From assembly GCF_009914755.1 (NCBI RefSeq), contig NC_060928.1: a stretch of DNA of 64,000 bases; one strand, written 5' to 3'. Both the position numbers and the translations under genes were made by a program. Numbering within the stretch: position 1 is the first letter of the stretch; each line of letters begins with the position of its first letter. Of the stretch, positions 1 to 12,729 are shown in pieces. The notes under the pieces were generated by a model. That model searched no databases and was not told where the DNA came from. It saw only the letters and a list, made by a program, of their open reading frames with translations. This DNA is from the human T2T-CHM13v2.0 reference genome, Homo sapiens.

Positions 1-500
1 TGCACGAGCCTGAGCGGGGTGCGTGTGAGTGCATGTGCATCTGTGTGCATAGGGTGTGACTGTCTAAGTATGTGGATGTGTCTTATGGGACTGTGAGCAT
101 TTGTATGTCACCTGAGTCTTCCTGTGAGTCTTCCTGTGAATATATGAGGTCAGGGGCGGGGAGTGGGAGGCAGAGCGGCAGAGACGCTGTGACAGCATCC
201 CCAAGGGAAAGGGCCTCTCACAAGGTGAACACCTGGTGACAACAGCAGCAACTGGGACGGAGCAGGGCCCACTGAGTCAACCACCCAGGTGTGCATTGAT
301 TCATGGATCACACACGTCCTCACTCCAGGGACCTGCACCTGTCATAGCTGAATGTGCGTCAGTGTGTGTGACTGGTGCGTGAGTGTGTCTACGTATGTGT
401 TTGTGTCTGCATGTGCGAATATGTCTGCACGTGAGAGTGTGTCTGTGTGTTTGTCGAAGTGTGTGTCTGCGTGTGTTTAAGGGTGTGGTTGTGTGTTGGG
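1..500. repeat. Degenerate (TG)n-rich low-complexity sequence
   Basis: GTGTGT/GCATGT-type runs at about 20-140 and 345-495. Confidence 0.7.
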
Positions 501-1373
501 GGCATGACAAGGGAAGGGCCTCGGACCCCGTAATGGACAGGGAGGAAGAGGGTGTCTGACAAACAGGGCCTTGCCGCCTGCAGGAGCCCCTGAGTAATTC
601 ACAGACCAAGCAGGGACCCCTCGTGCCCAAGGAAACCTCTACCCAAGATGGAAAGAAGGTGGCCCCAGGGCCCGACGTGCTGGGTACAAATCCTGGCCCC
701 CACTATGCGCTGGGTCACACTGAGCGTATTCCTCCTGCGGGAGCCCCCATTTCCTCATCGTGGGGTGGGGTGATCACCTCCTCACTTGGTGCCTGCCCGG
801 ATCCAGTGCTAATTTACACAGAAGACCTGGCCCAAAGCCTTGCGCATCCCGGGTGAACAGTGAGCATCGGCGAGACCCCCTGTGGGCCTGCTGTGCGGTG
901 AGAGCTCAGCAGAGGCTGCTTCCCTGCGTGGCTTCATTAGTTTCTTTTGGCAGAGACCTGAGTCATATTGTTTTTAACAATTAAAACAAACGAACACTCA
1001 CAAAGCCGTTGGTCAAGCTCAGGATTTCCTAAGTGACCACACTGTGCACATTCACATGCTACTTTGGAAAACAGCCAGAGAGCAGATTCAAACTCTGAGG
1101 GAAAGGGGGGCCTCTTACTCATTTCAGGACCCTGGATGCCCAGCAGAGGCTGTGGGCTTGAGAAACACGTGGGGAATGAATGAATGAATGAATGGGAACC
1201 AAAGTGAGAGGATGCCTCCGCCCTTCTCAAGTCCAGGAGGCGACCCCCACATCACCCAATCTGCCGCGCTCCTTCCTGTGTCTCTGCAGAGTCAGACGAC
1301 GCACAGCCCTGACTTAGCCTCCTGGCTTCCCCCACTTAGCAGGTGATGAGGCACATTTTGCAAAGCTCTGCAT

Positions 1374-1571
1374 CAGTGGCTCTCAACTTGGGGCACTTTT
1401 GCCCAAGAGACATTTGGCAATGTCTGGCGACCCTTTTGATTGTCATAACTTGGAGGGGGTTCCAGGCATCTAGTGGGCAGTGGACACAGGATGCTAACCG
1501 TGCCAGGACAGCCGCCCTCAACAGGGCTCTCTGGCCCCACATGTGAATGGTGCTGGAGCTGAGATCCCCGG
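1374..1571 (+). mobile_element. MER20 DNA transposon (hAT-Charlie)
   Basis: CAGTGGCTCTCAAC...GACATTTGGCAATGTCTGG...GGCATCTAGTGGG...GCTGAGATCCCC follows the MER20 consensus. Confidence 0.8.
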
Positions 1572-3880
1572 CTCCAAGCCTCTGTTGGCTTCTCTGCATG
1601 TCAAGGGAGCACAGCACATGGGGCTGTGTGTCGACCAGAGGACAGACAGCAGACAGCAGCGGTCAGATCCCAGCAATGCCCCCCACCGGCTGTGACCTGG
1701 GGAAGTCACTTCACCTCTCTGTGCCCCTGGAATGAGGGCACGTGTGATCCGTGAATAAATGCACACACGTTGACCGGTGAGGTGGGCCCACCTCTGCTCT
1801 CACTGCCACTGCTGTTGTTGCCAGGTGGTCCCCTCACGGGTGGCCTGCTCCCTCTGTGATGCCTTTATGGGCATCTCCACCACTCTGCCTCCTACCATAT
1901 TGGCCGGCGCCCTCCCCTGCCAAGAAGCTCCCTTGACCTTGAGCTCCAAACTGCAGAGGGGATGTGAACCTCACACCTGCCTCGGCCCCCTCATTCTCCT
2001 ATCAGCAGTACACGTGGAGATGAGAGCAAGGTGCAAAAGGAGCGTTGCCACGGAAACCACATCCTCACTTTCTAAACACATCCGGAGCTCCACATTGCTT
2101 TGCGGGCTCTGCGCATGGCAGCTCAGAGTCCTGTGTGACACAGGCTGTGGACTAGAGCTGTCAGCGGCAGGATGTCCCTAGCAGGGCAGAAGGGGCCCCA
2201 GGACCCCCCAATGTCAGCTGGCCACGTGCCCGTACATCCTGGTTGGCACTGCCATCAGCAGCAATGGCATAACCCTCCTAGAACCTTCCACTTTCCTATT
2301 TTCCCCAAAAGGCTCCCTCTTCCACAAGATGTGGTCATGGTGGGGGTGGTTGTTGGGGGGTGGCTAGGATGTGCCAGGCAGCCTCCTGGAGCCTCAGCTG
2401 GAGCTCAGGGGGTGCAGGTGCAGGAGCCAGACCCCCTCTGCAGCACCTCAGGTCTAACTGGGGGTCAGGGGAGTAGGGGGGAGTCTCAGATTCTAGATCA
2501 AATCTGAGACTGAGTTTTGGAAACAAGGACTCTGACCGAGCTCCAAAACTTGAGAGTGATTGAAAATCCACGAACTTGGCTTGCAGCTTCATTTAGGAAC
2601 CTGTACTGAGGAAGAAAAGCCGCTGGAAAAGATAAAACACGTTCAAGTTCGGCCCCAGCGCACTGCGGTCAGGACTAGACCGGGACAGGCCTGCCATGGG
2701 CCCAGAGCGGGACGGGGGCTCCTGCGAGGATCCTGGGTTTACCTCCCAGGCGCACCCAGGGGTTCTCCTGTTTCCTAGGCAGCCCGGGAGCAGTGGGAGC
2801 TCCTGGGTTTAACCCCGGCCTCACCTCGAGGCTCTCCTGTTTCCCAGGCAGCCAGCAAGGGGGCGGGGGCTCTGGTTCGGGCACCCACCCTCTTAGCACT
2901 ACCCTTGCAGGAGCAAAGGACACAGGGGCTCCACGTGCCACAGCCCAGGTGGTCAAGCCCTGTTGCTGGAAGAGTGGAGGACCCCAAAGCCCCATTCCTG
3001 GGCCTGGGACCTTAGAACTGCATACATCCCTTCCTGCCTCTTCATCCCTCACTCTGGTGGGGCCTCCCCAGGTCCAGGGGATGGAGCTAAAGAGCCAGGG
3101 GCGGCCAGGCCCAAGAAGTGGCTGTGGGGTCTCCTCAGCACGGATGGAGCTGCTCGCCATCCCTTTTCCCCAGGCCAAGCCCATTTTTCCCAATTGCCAG
3201 CCTGCCGCCCACGCCCCTGCTGGCCCCACACCCACATCAAAGGCCCAGAGAGGGGACACCTCTTGCCCTCGGCACACAGTGGTGAATGCAGGGTCCACCC
3301 AGGGTATCTGGGCTCAGAGCTGCCTCTGGTTCGGCACGGCGCTCGCACTCTGCGACGGCCGCCCTGTGACAGGCTCGTGACCAGCAATGGGTCAGCACTG
3401 GAGAGCTGGGGGCCTCACGGGAAGGGGCAGAGCTTCAGGGACACAGGGGACCTCCCAACGAGAGTGGTGGGGAAGCTGAGGCATGCGGGGTGTTCGCTGC
3501 TCCTTCTGGAAGAAGCCTGTGCGGCCCACCCTAAAGGATTTCTTGTTCCTAAGTGGCCTGCTTGGGGCAGCAGAGGGAAGCTCAGGGCCACGGGACTCAA
3601 GCTTGAGCTCTGCCTCAAGAGCCAGCCACTCTCCCCTCCCCAGGGAGGGGCAGCCACACAGGCAGCCATGTGAGGCCCCACCCTGCTGCCCCCCGGCCCA
3701 GCAAGCTGGCCAGGCAGACGGTGCTGCTTCCTACATTCTGGACTGACTTGACTCTACCCCACTCCACAACCATCTATTGCTCCTCACGGCCTCCAGATGT
3801 ACCGAGAACACCACGGCGTGGCTTTGGAGGAAGCTGCCATCTGGTGTTGGTGTCTCAGTGCCATTCCCATTCCCCGCCCC

Positions 3881-4168
3881 CACGCTGCAGCCCCGTCCAC
3901 TCACACGGGTCTGGGGGTGCCCACGCTGCAGTCCCGTCCACTCACACGGCTCTGGGGGTGCCCACGCTGCAGCCCCGTCCACTCACATGGCTCTGGGGGT
4001 GCCCACGCTACAGCCCCGTCCACTCACGCGGGTCTGGGGGGTGCCCACGCTGCAGCCCTGTCCACTCACGCAGGTCTGGGGGTGCCCACGCTGCAGCCCC
4101 GTCCACTCACGTGGGTCTGGGGGTGCCCACGCTGCAGCCCCGTCCACTCACGCGGGTCTGGGGGGTGC
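3881..4168. repeat. GC-rich minisatellite, 41-42 bp unit, about 7 copies
   Basis: Unit CACGCTGCAGCCCCGTCCACTCACRCGGGTCTGGGGGTGCC, starting at 3881, 3922, 3963, 4004, 4046, 4087 and 4128. Confidence 0.95.
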
Positions 4169-4711
4169 ACCCAGCACATTTCACAGGTGTTTAGTCTTTG
4201 TACTCATCTGTAGCATCCTCCCCCTTCCAGACCCACCTGCTGGAATTCAGCCTGCGTCTCCAGTTTCAGAACCAACGCCACCTTGGACAGCCTCTAGTCC
4301 TAGTGGGGTGAGCTCACTTGCTTTGGAGTTGAAAGGCCTTGGCCCACCCCTCGGCACTTCCGCCCCCTGATGGACACTGAGCACCCAGCACACCCACCCC
4401 TGCCAGGTACAGGGCACTCCTGCACCTGCAGAAGAGCTCCTCCAGGCACAGCTGCTGAGAAAACTAAAGGAGGCTGGACTGGGAAGACTGCAGACATCCA
4501 CGCAGGAACCAGGACTGCTGCTCAATGCTTTCTAGGCACAGAAATGGTTCTAAGCTCAGGATTCTCACCACAGGCTGGGGGAAGGGGCAGGTTACATTAT
4601 TAGTTATCTAGGGGTCCGGGGAACATTTGTTCTTTGAAAATGCAAATTTGATATTTCAAAATAAATTTACATTTGGAGAGGGCACAGCCTTTCTGCCAAG
4701 GGTATTTTTGA

Positions 4712-5073
<362 letters not shown>

Positions 5074-6090
5074 CATGTTTCCCTTTTTAATTTGGCTGCC
5101 AGGAAGCTGTGGACAAACTGTTCAAAACTGATCTCCCCCTTTTAAAATTTGCCATAGAGCTTTTGATTACTATCTGAATTTAATTATAACAGTACTACTG
5201 TTTGTGAAGCCAAATTCTCAAAGATAGATAAAAGGCATTAAATAAAACCACGTTTACATTAAAAAAAAAAAGCAGTCAATCCAGGCCCCAGCTGGAGAGA
5301 AATTTTTGAATGGAGGACTCTCCTAGCAAGCCCGGAAGCAGCGCCCTCCCGACCCGGTGGGGCTGTGAACTTCATCCCAAGGGATGAAGGCTTTGCTTTG
5401 GCTCACAGAGTCAAATTATAACCAGCTCCCAGGGCCAGTGCTGCACCTCGGGGAGGCTGGAAGTGGAATCGCCTCTGTAGAGACTCTCAACGCAGCAGAC
5501 AAGGTGGGGGAGAAAGGAGGCATTTGACACAGGAGAGGAAATTAATTGCGGGCAAGATGTTGACCCCAGAAATCAGGAGAAACCCCTCCTCTGTCTGGGG
5601 ACACCCCAGTGACCACGGTGCTCAGAGTGGGCTTCTGCACCAGGTGCCTGGCAGCGGCGGGGCCTGGTTTGCTGGGCTTCCCTCCCAGAGCCTGTGTGCC
5701 ATCTCATGATCCGGCAGAGCCACCCCAGCTGGGAAAGGCCACCTGGCTGCCCACTCCTTGCTGATACTTGGCCCCACACCTGCAAACCCCTGACACTTCG
5801 GCTGGCATTTGTTTTTTTTCCACACTAACAACCTCCTGCTTCCTAATTCAGGAAGCATCTTGAGCCCCCACTGCATACACACCTGGCCTAACTCCTGGGA
5901 GGTGGAGCAGTGAACCCAAGGGCCCCTGACTGCGGGAGCCCGGAGCTCAGTGTTCCTCTACAGGTTCCCCCAAAGGGGTCCCGGGTGGCCTGGAATTAAC
6001 AGAGGGGAGCTGAGGGGAGTGAATGCCAGAGGGAGAGGACCTGAAGGAGACCTGGAAGGCTTCCTGGAGGAGGTATGCTAGAGCTGGGCA

Positions 6091-6230
6091 AAAGCAGCAG
6101 TGGACATTAGATGGGAAAGCAGCAGTGGGCATTAGATGGGAAAGCAGCAGTGGACATTAGATGGGAAAGCAGCAGTGGGCATTAGATGGGAAAGCAGCAG
6201 TGGGCATTAGATGGGAAAGCAGGAGTGGCA
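6091..6230. repeat. Minisatellite, 25 bp unit, about 5.5 copies
   Basis: AAAGCAGCAGTGGRCATTAGATGGG at 6091, 6116, 6141, 6166, 6191, and partial at 6216. Confidence 0.95.
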
Positions 6231-6394
6231 CATGGGGTGGAGGAAACAGCCAGTGCAAAGACTTGGCGGCACGAGAGCCCCAGAAACTTCCATCCCTGGT
6301 TGCCTCCTCACATTTATTCACAGCGTTCACTGCAGCTGCTGCTGCTCTGGGTCCCCGTTTCTCAGGCTCTGTCCCTGGGCACTGCAGAGACCAA

Positions 6395-6597
6395 GCCCCC
6401 AACTCAGCACCCCCCCCACAACCAGCAAGCCCCCACTTAGCATGCCCTATACTCAGCACCGCCCCCACTCAGCGCCCCCCAGCACCTCCCACTCAGTACG
6501 CCCCACTCAGCGCCCCCCAACTCAGCATACCCACCCATTTAGCACCCCCCACTCAGCATGCCCCCACTCAACATGCCCCCACTCAGCGCCCACTTAC
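6395..6597. repeat. Degenerate ~15 bp repeat (CCCCACTCAGCAY) abutting the exon 4 donor
   Basis: Roughly a dozen imperfect CCCCACTCAGC units running up to the ACTTAC donor. Confidence 0.8.
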
Positions 6598-6713
6598 TTC
6601 GGAGGCCCTGGGACAGGTGCGCGCTGCTGCCCACCGATACGGGCAGGGAACACTTCTGGCACATGCATTCCTTCCCGTTGAAGGTCACTCGGTCCCCGGG
6701 GGGGAAGGGCAGC
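6598..6713 (-). CDS. ABLIM2: ABLIM2 coding exon (exon 4), C-terminal half of LIM2 plus linker
   Basis: Acceptor CTCTCTTGTTTCAG|G and donor CGAA|GTAAGT. 116 nt, phase 2-1. Translates (R)LPFPPGDRVTFNGKECMCQKCSLPVSVGSSAHLSQGLR(S). Confidence 0.96.
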
Positions 6714-6911
6714 CTGAAACAAGAGAGCTTGTTACCAGCCAGGCCCACCTTCTGGCTCCTCTCTGGGGGAGCCCTGTCCCAGTGCAGGAGACCAGGGCCA
6801 ATGTCTCCCCAGGATCTTGCAAAGGTACCACTCACAGGCTGAGGAAATGCAGGGCCTCTCCACCCAGGCACTGCTGCGTCCCCGCAATAGGACCTCAGGT
6901 AGTCATCGACA

Positions 6912-7025
6912 CCTGAGCCTCAGTTTCCTCATCTGTACCAACAGGCAGAATCATAGCACCTAAGGTGGTGGTGAGGACCAGCTGAGGGCCAGCCCAGTGC
7001 TTGGCACATGGCAACATGCCAGGCT
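6912..7025 (+). mobile_element. MIR fragment
   Basis: CTGAGCCTCAGTTTCCTCATCTGTA is the MIR core. Confidence 0.65.
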
Positions 7026-7881
7026 GCCTGGGCCACCGGCCCCTCCAGCCCACCCTGCCTTCCCAGTCACATGGGATGCTTTCTTCATATCAGCTCAGCA
7101 GCAAGGACAGCAGCTATGTACACTGGGCATCTCCTGTGTGCCCAGGGCCCACTACTGTGATAGGTGCCCTATAGGCATGCCTCATGAGTAACCCCACGCC
7201 ATTCAACCTAGTTGGTATTTGCTTCATGTTTTCTCTATAGGTGAGAAACTGGAGTTCAGAGAGGATATGTAACTTTTCCAAGGACACATGGATACGAGTC
7301 AGAACCAGAATCAAACCAAGACCTGTCTGGCTTCAAAGTTCCACGATTTAACTACCTGGGCCTCTAAGAGGGCAGTGTCTATAAAAGCACACCTCGTAGA
7401 CAGGAAGATGCTGGACAATCGGATCCTGTCTTTATTTAAAATTCTGCCATTTTGCTCTAAATGGATTTTTTGCATTTATTTCAATTTTTTAAAGTATCGC
7501 ATTAAAATATCATTTACTTGACTACTGAGTTTTTTGGCACCACCTTAAAGTCCGCCTCCGCAGCAAGTGCCTGGAGCGAGGCCAGGTGAGGGACCGCAGA
7601 GAGCTGGCCCATCCTCCTGCAGTCCGGGGATGTCTTTGGAGACTGAGGGATGGCTCAAGTAGCTGCATCTAGCAAGCTAAGGCCAGGCCACCTGCAGACA
7701 GGGCCAGAAGCACAGCCTGAGAATGCTGCCATGTCTGCCCTCGACACCTGCTGCCATCAAGCTCCCAGCAGCCACCGGGCCACTTTCCTTCCCCATCTGA
7801 GCCTGGCCAGAGAACCAGGTGCTTTTCAGGCAGAAGCCCGTGGAAGTGTCAGACCACGGGTGCCCCTTAAATCCCCTGTGT

Positions 7882-8182
7882 GGCCAGGCGCAGTGGCTCA
7901 CACTTGTAATCCCAGCACTTTGGGAGGCTGAGGTGGGAGGATCACTTGAGGTCAGGAGTTTGAGACCAGCCTGGCCAGTGTGGTGAAACCTGGTCTCTAC
8001 TAAAAACACAAAAATTAGCCATGCATGGTGGTGTGCACTTGTAATCCCAGCTACTTGAGAGGGTGAGGCAGGACAATCGCTTGAACTGGGAGGTGGAGGT
8101 TGCAGTGAGCCGAGATTGCACCACTGCACTCCAGGCTGGGCCAAAGAGTGAGATTCATATCAAAAAAAAAAAAAAAAAAAAA
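7882..8182 (+). mobile_element. Alu (AluS-like)
   Basis: GGCCAGGCGCAGTGGCTCAC... dimeric Alu ending in poly-A. Confidence 0.95.
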
Positions 8183-8904
8183 GCCCCTGCTCAAACACCT
8201 TTGTTGGGTTCTGTCTGTCTTCTTCAGGGAGGAGACAATGCATTCATTGTTGAATGAATGAATGGGTGAATAAGTGAAGGACTGAAGCTCTCCTAGGGGG
8301 CCACGCTTGGTCTACTCTCTCCTGCCAAGTCCCTACCTGGCCTCCCACCAGGGCCTGCCAGATGGAGCTCCCTGAAGCTGGAGACCACCGTGCCTTCCCC
8401 TGCTGAAGGCCTGCCAGAGCACCCACCTGTGGGGCTGGCATCCAGTACCCTCGGTCCATGCAGCAGGTGTGTTCCTGGGTTCCCACTGGGCCAGTACCTT
8501 CTGGGGATCCAGGACAAATACAGGCTGAGCTGAACCCAGGGCCCTCCCCTCCCATCCACTGCCCAGGAGCCTGCACGGCTCTCCCATGCCCGTGTTGCCA
8601 CCGTGTGAATGCTATGGTCTGCTGCCACCTGGGTCTCCGTGTCTTGCACCCTCCCTGTCATGGGGGATCTTGAGACAGAGTGGGAGCCCCTCCCCATCCC
8701 TGGATGTGCTTGGAGCGAATCTCTGGCTGTTTAACCTGGAACAAGCTACTCAGCATCTCTGAAACACTTCCCACCTATAAAGTAGGACTGAGAATGCCTG
8801 CATTCCAGGTTTGTATTCATACATTCATTCGCCCACAGGACATCCTGCCTAGGAAGCTCTGGCTTATTGCCTGGACCTGGGAGGGGCTGACTCAATGGCA
8901 GCTA

Positions 8905-9696
8905 TGATTGTATTTCCTCAACTTTATTGAGGTACCTTGTGACAAATGTACACACCCATATAACTGCCACCACCACAGTCATGATATGGAACATTCTTTC
9001 CACTGCAAAAAGCCCCCTGTGGCTGTCTACAATCATGCTGCTCACGACCTCTGGCCCCAGGCACCGTGATCATCATTGTCACCATGGCCCCAGACACTGT
9101 GATTGTCACTGTCACCGTGCATTAGATTTGTCTTTTTTTTTATTTTTTTTTTTTTGCGGGATCACAGAGCACATAGTCTTTGGTGTTTTGTCAGCCTCGC
9201 GTTTTTGAGGTCCACTCATGCTATTGCCAATATCGATCCTTTGTTCCTTTGAGGACGGAGCAGTGTCCATCCCATGGATAAATCACAACAGCCATTCCAT
9301 GCAACTGCTGGGGGCTTCTGGGCTGTTTCCAGTTTGGGACTGTTACAAATAAAGCTGTTAAGCACGGTTGCCAACCAGCCTCTCCGCGGACACAAGCTTT
9401 CCTTTTGGGTGAATACAGAAGATGGATTTTCTGATCATATGCTAAGTGTGTGTTTAACTTTATCAGAAACTGCCAAGCCGGTTTCCATGGCCGTTGTGCC
9501 ATTCTGCATTCACAACGGCACTGGAGGGACACTCCTCTGGCTTCACATCCTCACCAGCACTTGCCATGGTCCATCTTTTCAGTTTTAGTCGTTCTCATGG
9601 AGGCGTAATGGCATTTCTTTGTAGTTTTCATTTGCATACCCCTGTGACTAATGATGGTAAACACTGTTTCATGTATGCTGTTGGTCATTTGTGTGT
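8905..9696 (-). mobile_element. Old L1M 3' fragment (continues in pieces to about 14700)
   Basis: L1M-like motifs such as TTTCCAGTTTGGGACTGTTACAAATAAAGCTG and CACATCCTCACCAGCACTTG. Confidence 0.7.
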
Positions 9697-10436
9697 ATAC
9701 ATATAATATATATAATATTATATATTATATTATATATATATAATTATATATATATATTATATATATATAATATATATATTATATATATATTATATTACAT
9801 AGAATTATATTATATATAATTATATGTAATATATAATTATATATTATATATTATATATAATTAATAATTATATATAATATATAATTATATATAATATATA
9901 TTTTATATTTTATATATTTTGTATAAAATATAAAATATTATATATTATATATAAAATTATATATAATTATTTATAATTATATATATTATATATAATTTTA
10001 TATAAAATTATATATATAATTATATATAATATATTATGTATAATTTTATATAAAATTATATATATAATTTTATATATTATATAATTATATATTATATAAA
10101 ATTATATATAATTATATATTATATAATATACATAATATAATTATATAATATATATTATATTAATATGTATTATATATTAATATTATATATTTATTATGCA
10201 TTTATATATTAATAATTATATAATTAATATATTATATATTATATAATATATTATATAAATAATATAATATATTATTTATACAATATATTATATATACAAT
10301 ATATATTATAATATATAACATAATATATATAATATATTGTTATAATATATAATGTATATTATAATATATAATACATATTATAATATAGAATACATATTTT
10401 TATATATATTATAATATATAATATAATATATATATA
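9697..10436. repeat. About 740 bp nearly pure AT, interrupted (TA)n tract
   Basis: Almost exclusively A/T (TATAT/TAATT/ATATTAT mosaics), contiguous with the Alu tail. Confidence 0.97.
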
Positions 10437-10724
10437 TTTTTTGAGACAGAGTCTTGCTCTGTCACCCAGGCTGGAGTGCACTGGCACAATGTTGGCTCAC
10501 TGCAACCTCTGCCTCCTGGGTTCAAGTGATCCTCCTGCCTCAGCCTCCTGAGTAGCTGAGATTACAGGTGCCTGCCACTACACCTGGCTAATTTTTATAT
10601 TTTTAGTAGAGATGGGGTTTCACCATGTTAGCCGGGCTGGTCTCGAACTCCTGACCTCAAGCAATCTGCCCACCTCAGCCTCCCAAAGTGCTGGGATTAC
10701 AGGCGTGAGTCACCACACCTGGCC
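10437..10724 (-). mobile_element. Alu (AluS-like)
   Basis: TTTTTTGAGACAGAGTCTTGCTCTG...CACCTGGCC. Confidence 0.95.
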
Positions 10725-10749
10725 CATTTGTATATGTTCTTTAGTGAAG

Positions 10750-11247
10750 TGTGAAAGACAATAGAATCTCAGGACCCCAAACTCACTATGCCAAAGGGAA
10801 AGTTAAGCTGGGAACGGAATCATGCAAAAACTGCTTTCCTTTTGTTTCCAGAGAACTGTAGTTTCACAACCCCATGTCACATGTAAAATGTAAAACAGAA
10901 TGGCGTATGACAAATGTAAAATGTAGATTTACAGAGGGTTAGTCTTAACTGTTTCCTGGACTCCCTCTTTTCACATGTAAAACATAGATTTACTGAGGCT
11001 CTGATTAGCATATGAGATGTAACTATAAAGACTGTAGCTATCTGCCTCATGGTCCTCCTCCTCCTCCCCTTTTTTCTCTCCTTCTTGCTCTTTCCCCCTT
11101 AAACAATGAAGTGTCCCAAACCCCCTTTGGAAAAAGCACAGCTCACAAGTGCTCCTGCGGCTTGCGTTTGACCCCAGGCACATCCTCAACCTTGGCTAAA
11201 TAAACCTCTGTTGATTGAGCCCTGCCTCAATCTCTTTTTGGTTTATA
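10750..11247 (+). mobile_element. MER4-family (ERV1) solo LTR
   Basis: Start TGTGAAAG...AATCTCAGGACCCCAAACTCACTATGCCAAAGGGAAAGTTAAGCT and 3' AATAAACCTCTG...TTGGTTTA resemble MER4-group LTRs. Confidence 0.75.
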
Positions 11248-11248
11248 G

Positions 11249-11624
<376 letters not shown>

Positions 11625-12729
11625 TGAATAATCAATATTTTGTAAATAATCAATATTTTGTAGAGCAGCGCTTCATCAGACACAGGTGTGAGGGTGCAAC
11701 CTTGAACTCATATCTAACATGGCACTCTCTGCCAGCTGATGGCTTGCTTTTGCAGTTTCTCATTTTGCGTTTCCTTCAGCCCACAAAACTTCCTGTAAGT
11801 TTATTTTGGTGCAGATTGGCTGGCAACAAATTCTCTTAGCTTTGCGTGTCTAAAAAAGTCTTTATCGTGCCTTCGTTTCTCAGTAACAGTTTTGACACTT
11901 TATTCACATACAATGTAATGTACAATCCAGCAGCTTTTAGCATATTCAGAGTTGTGCAACTATCACCATAATCAATTTTAGAACAATCTTATCACCCACA
12001 AAAGAAATCCCATACCCTTTAGCAGTCTTGCCTTCATTTTTGGAAGTTTTTTGTGCTTAGTCTAGAATTATTTGATAGATATTTTTCTCAGCATTTAAGA
12101 AATGTTGTTCTATTGTCTCCTAGCATACATAGTTTCTGATGAGAAGTCTGGAGTCATACATTTGTTCCTCTGTAAATAATTTTTGTTCGTCTGGCTGCTT
12201 TTAAGATTTCTTTTTAGCACTGGTTTTCAGCAATTTGATTAGGATAGATTTGGTAGATTCTGATGTGTTTATTCTGCTTGAAGTTCATTGAAATACTTGG
12301 ATTCATTTGTTTATAGTTTTCACCAAATTTGCAAAATGTTCAGCAATTACTTCCTTAAACACTTGTTGGTCTCCCTTATCCACCTAGATAGAGAAATAGA
12401 TCTACATCCACAGATCCCTGAGGTGCTTTTTGTGTTTTTCAGTTTTTTTGTCTCTCTGCTTAAGTTTGAATTCTTTTTAATGCTGTGTCTTCAAGTTTAC
12501 TGATATTTTCTTCCAAAATACCCAATCTACTGCTAATTCCTTTCAGGAGATTTTCCACTTCGGCCATTGTATTTTTCATTTCTACAAGTACCAGTGGTTT
12601 CTTTTTATATCTTCCATAACTCTCCTATTATGTTCATATTTCCTTAAAATACTTAAACATATTTACAGTAGCTATTTTAAAGTCATTATTTGCTCATTTC
12701 ACCATTCCTGTCATTTCTGGGCCTATTGC

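Noticed and set aside
2675-3673. Cluster of ~200 aa overlapping ORFs on both strands
   Set aside because: Expected in GC-rich intronic DNA. Composition is Pro/Gly/Ala-biased, with no domain or exon signals.
3670-4370. Overlapping 138-197 aa repetitive ORFs
   Set aside because: Artefacts of the 41 bp VNTR.
6091-6230. 25 bp direct repeats as a CRISPR array
   Set aside because: Units are head-to-tail with no unique spacers, there are no cas genes, and the context is a human intron.
6161-6916. 251 aa plus-strand ORF
   Set aside because: Assembled from two tandem repeats and the antisense of exon 4, and low in complexity.
11627-11662. 18 bp perfect tandem duplication AATAATCAATATTTTGTA
   Set aside because: An ordinary slippage duplication inside decayed L1 sequence.
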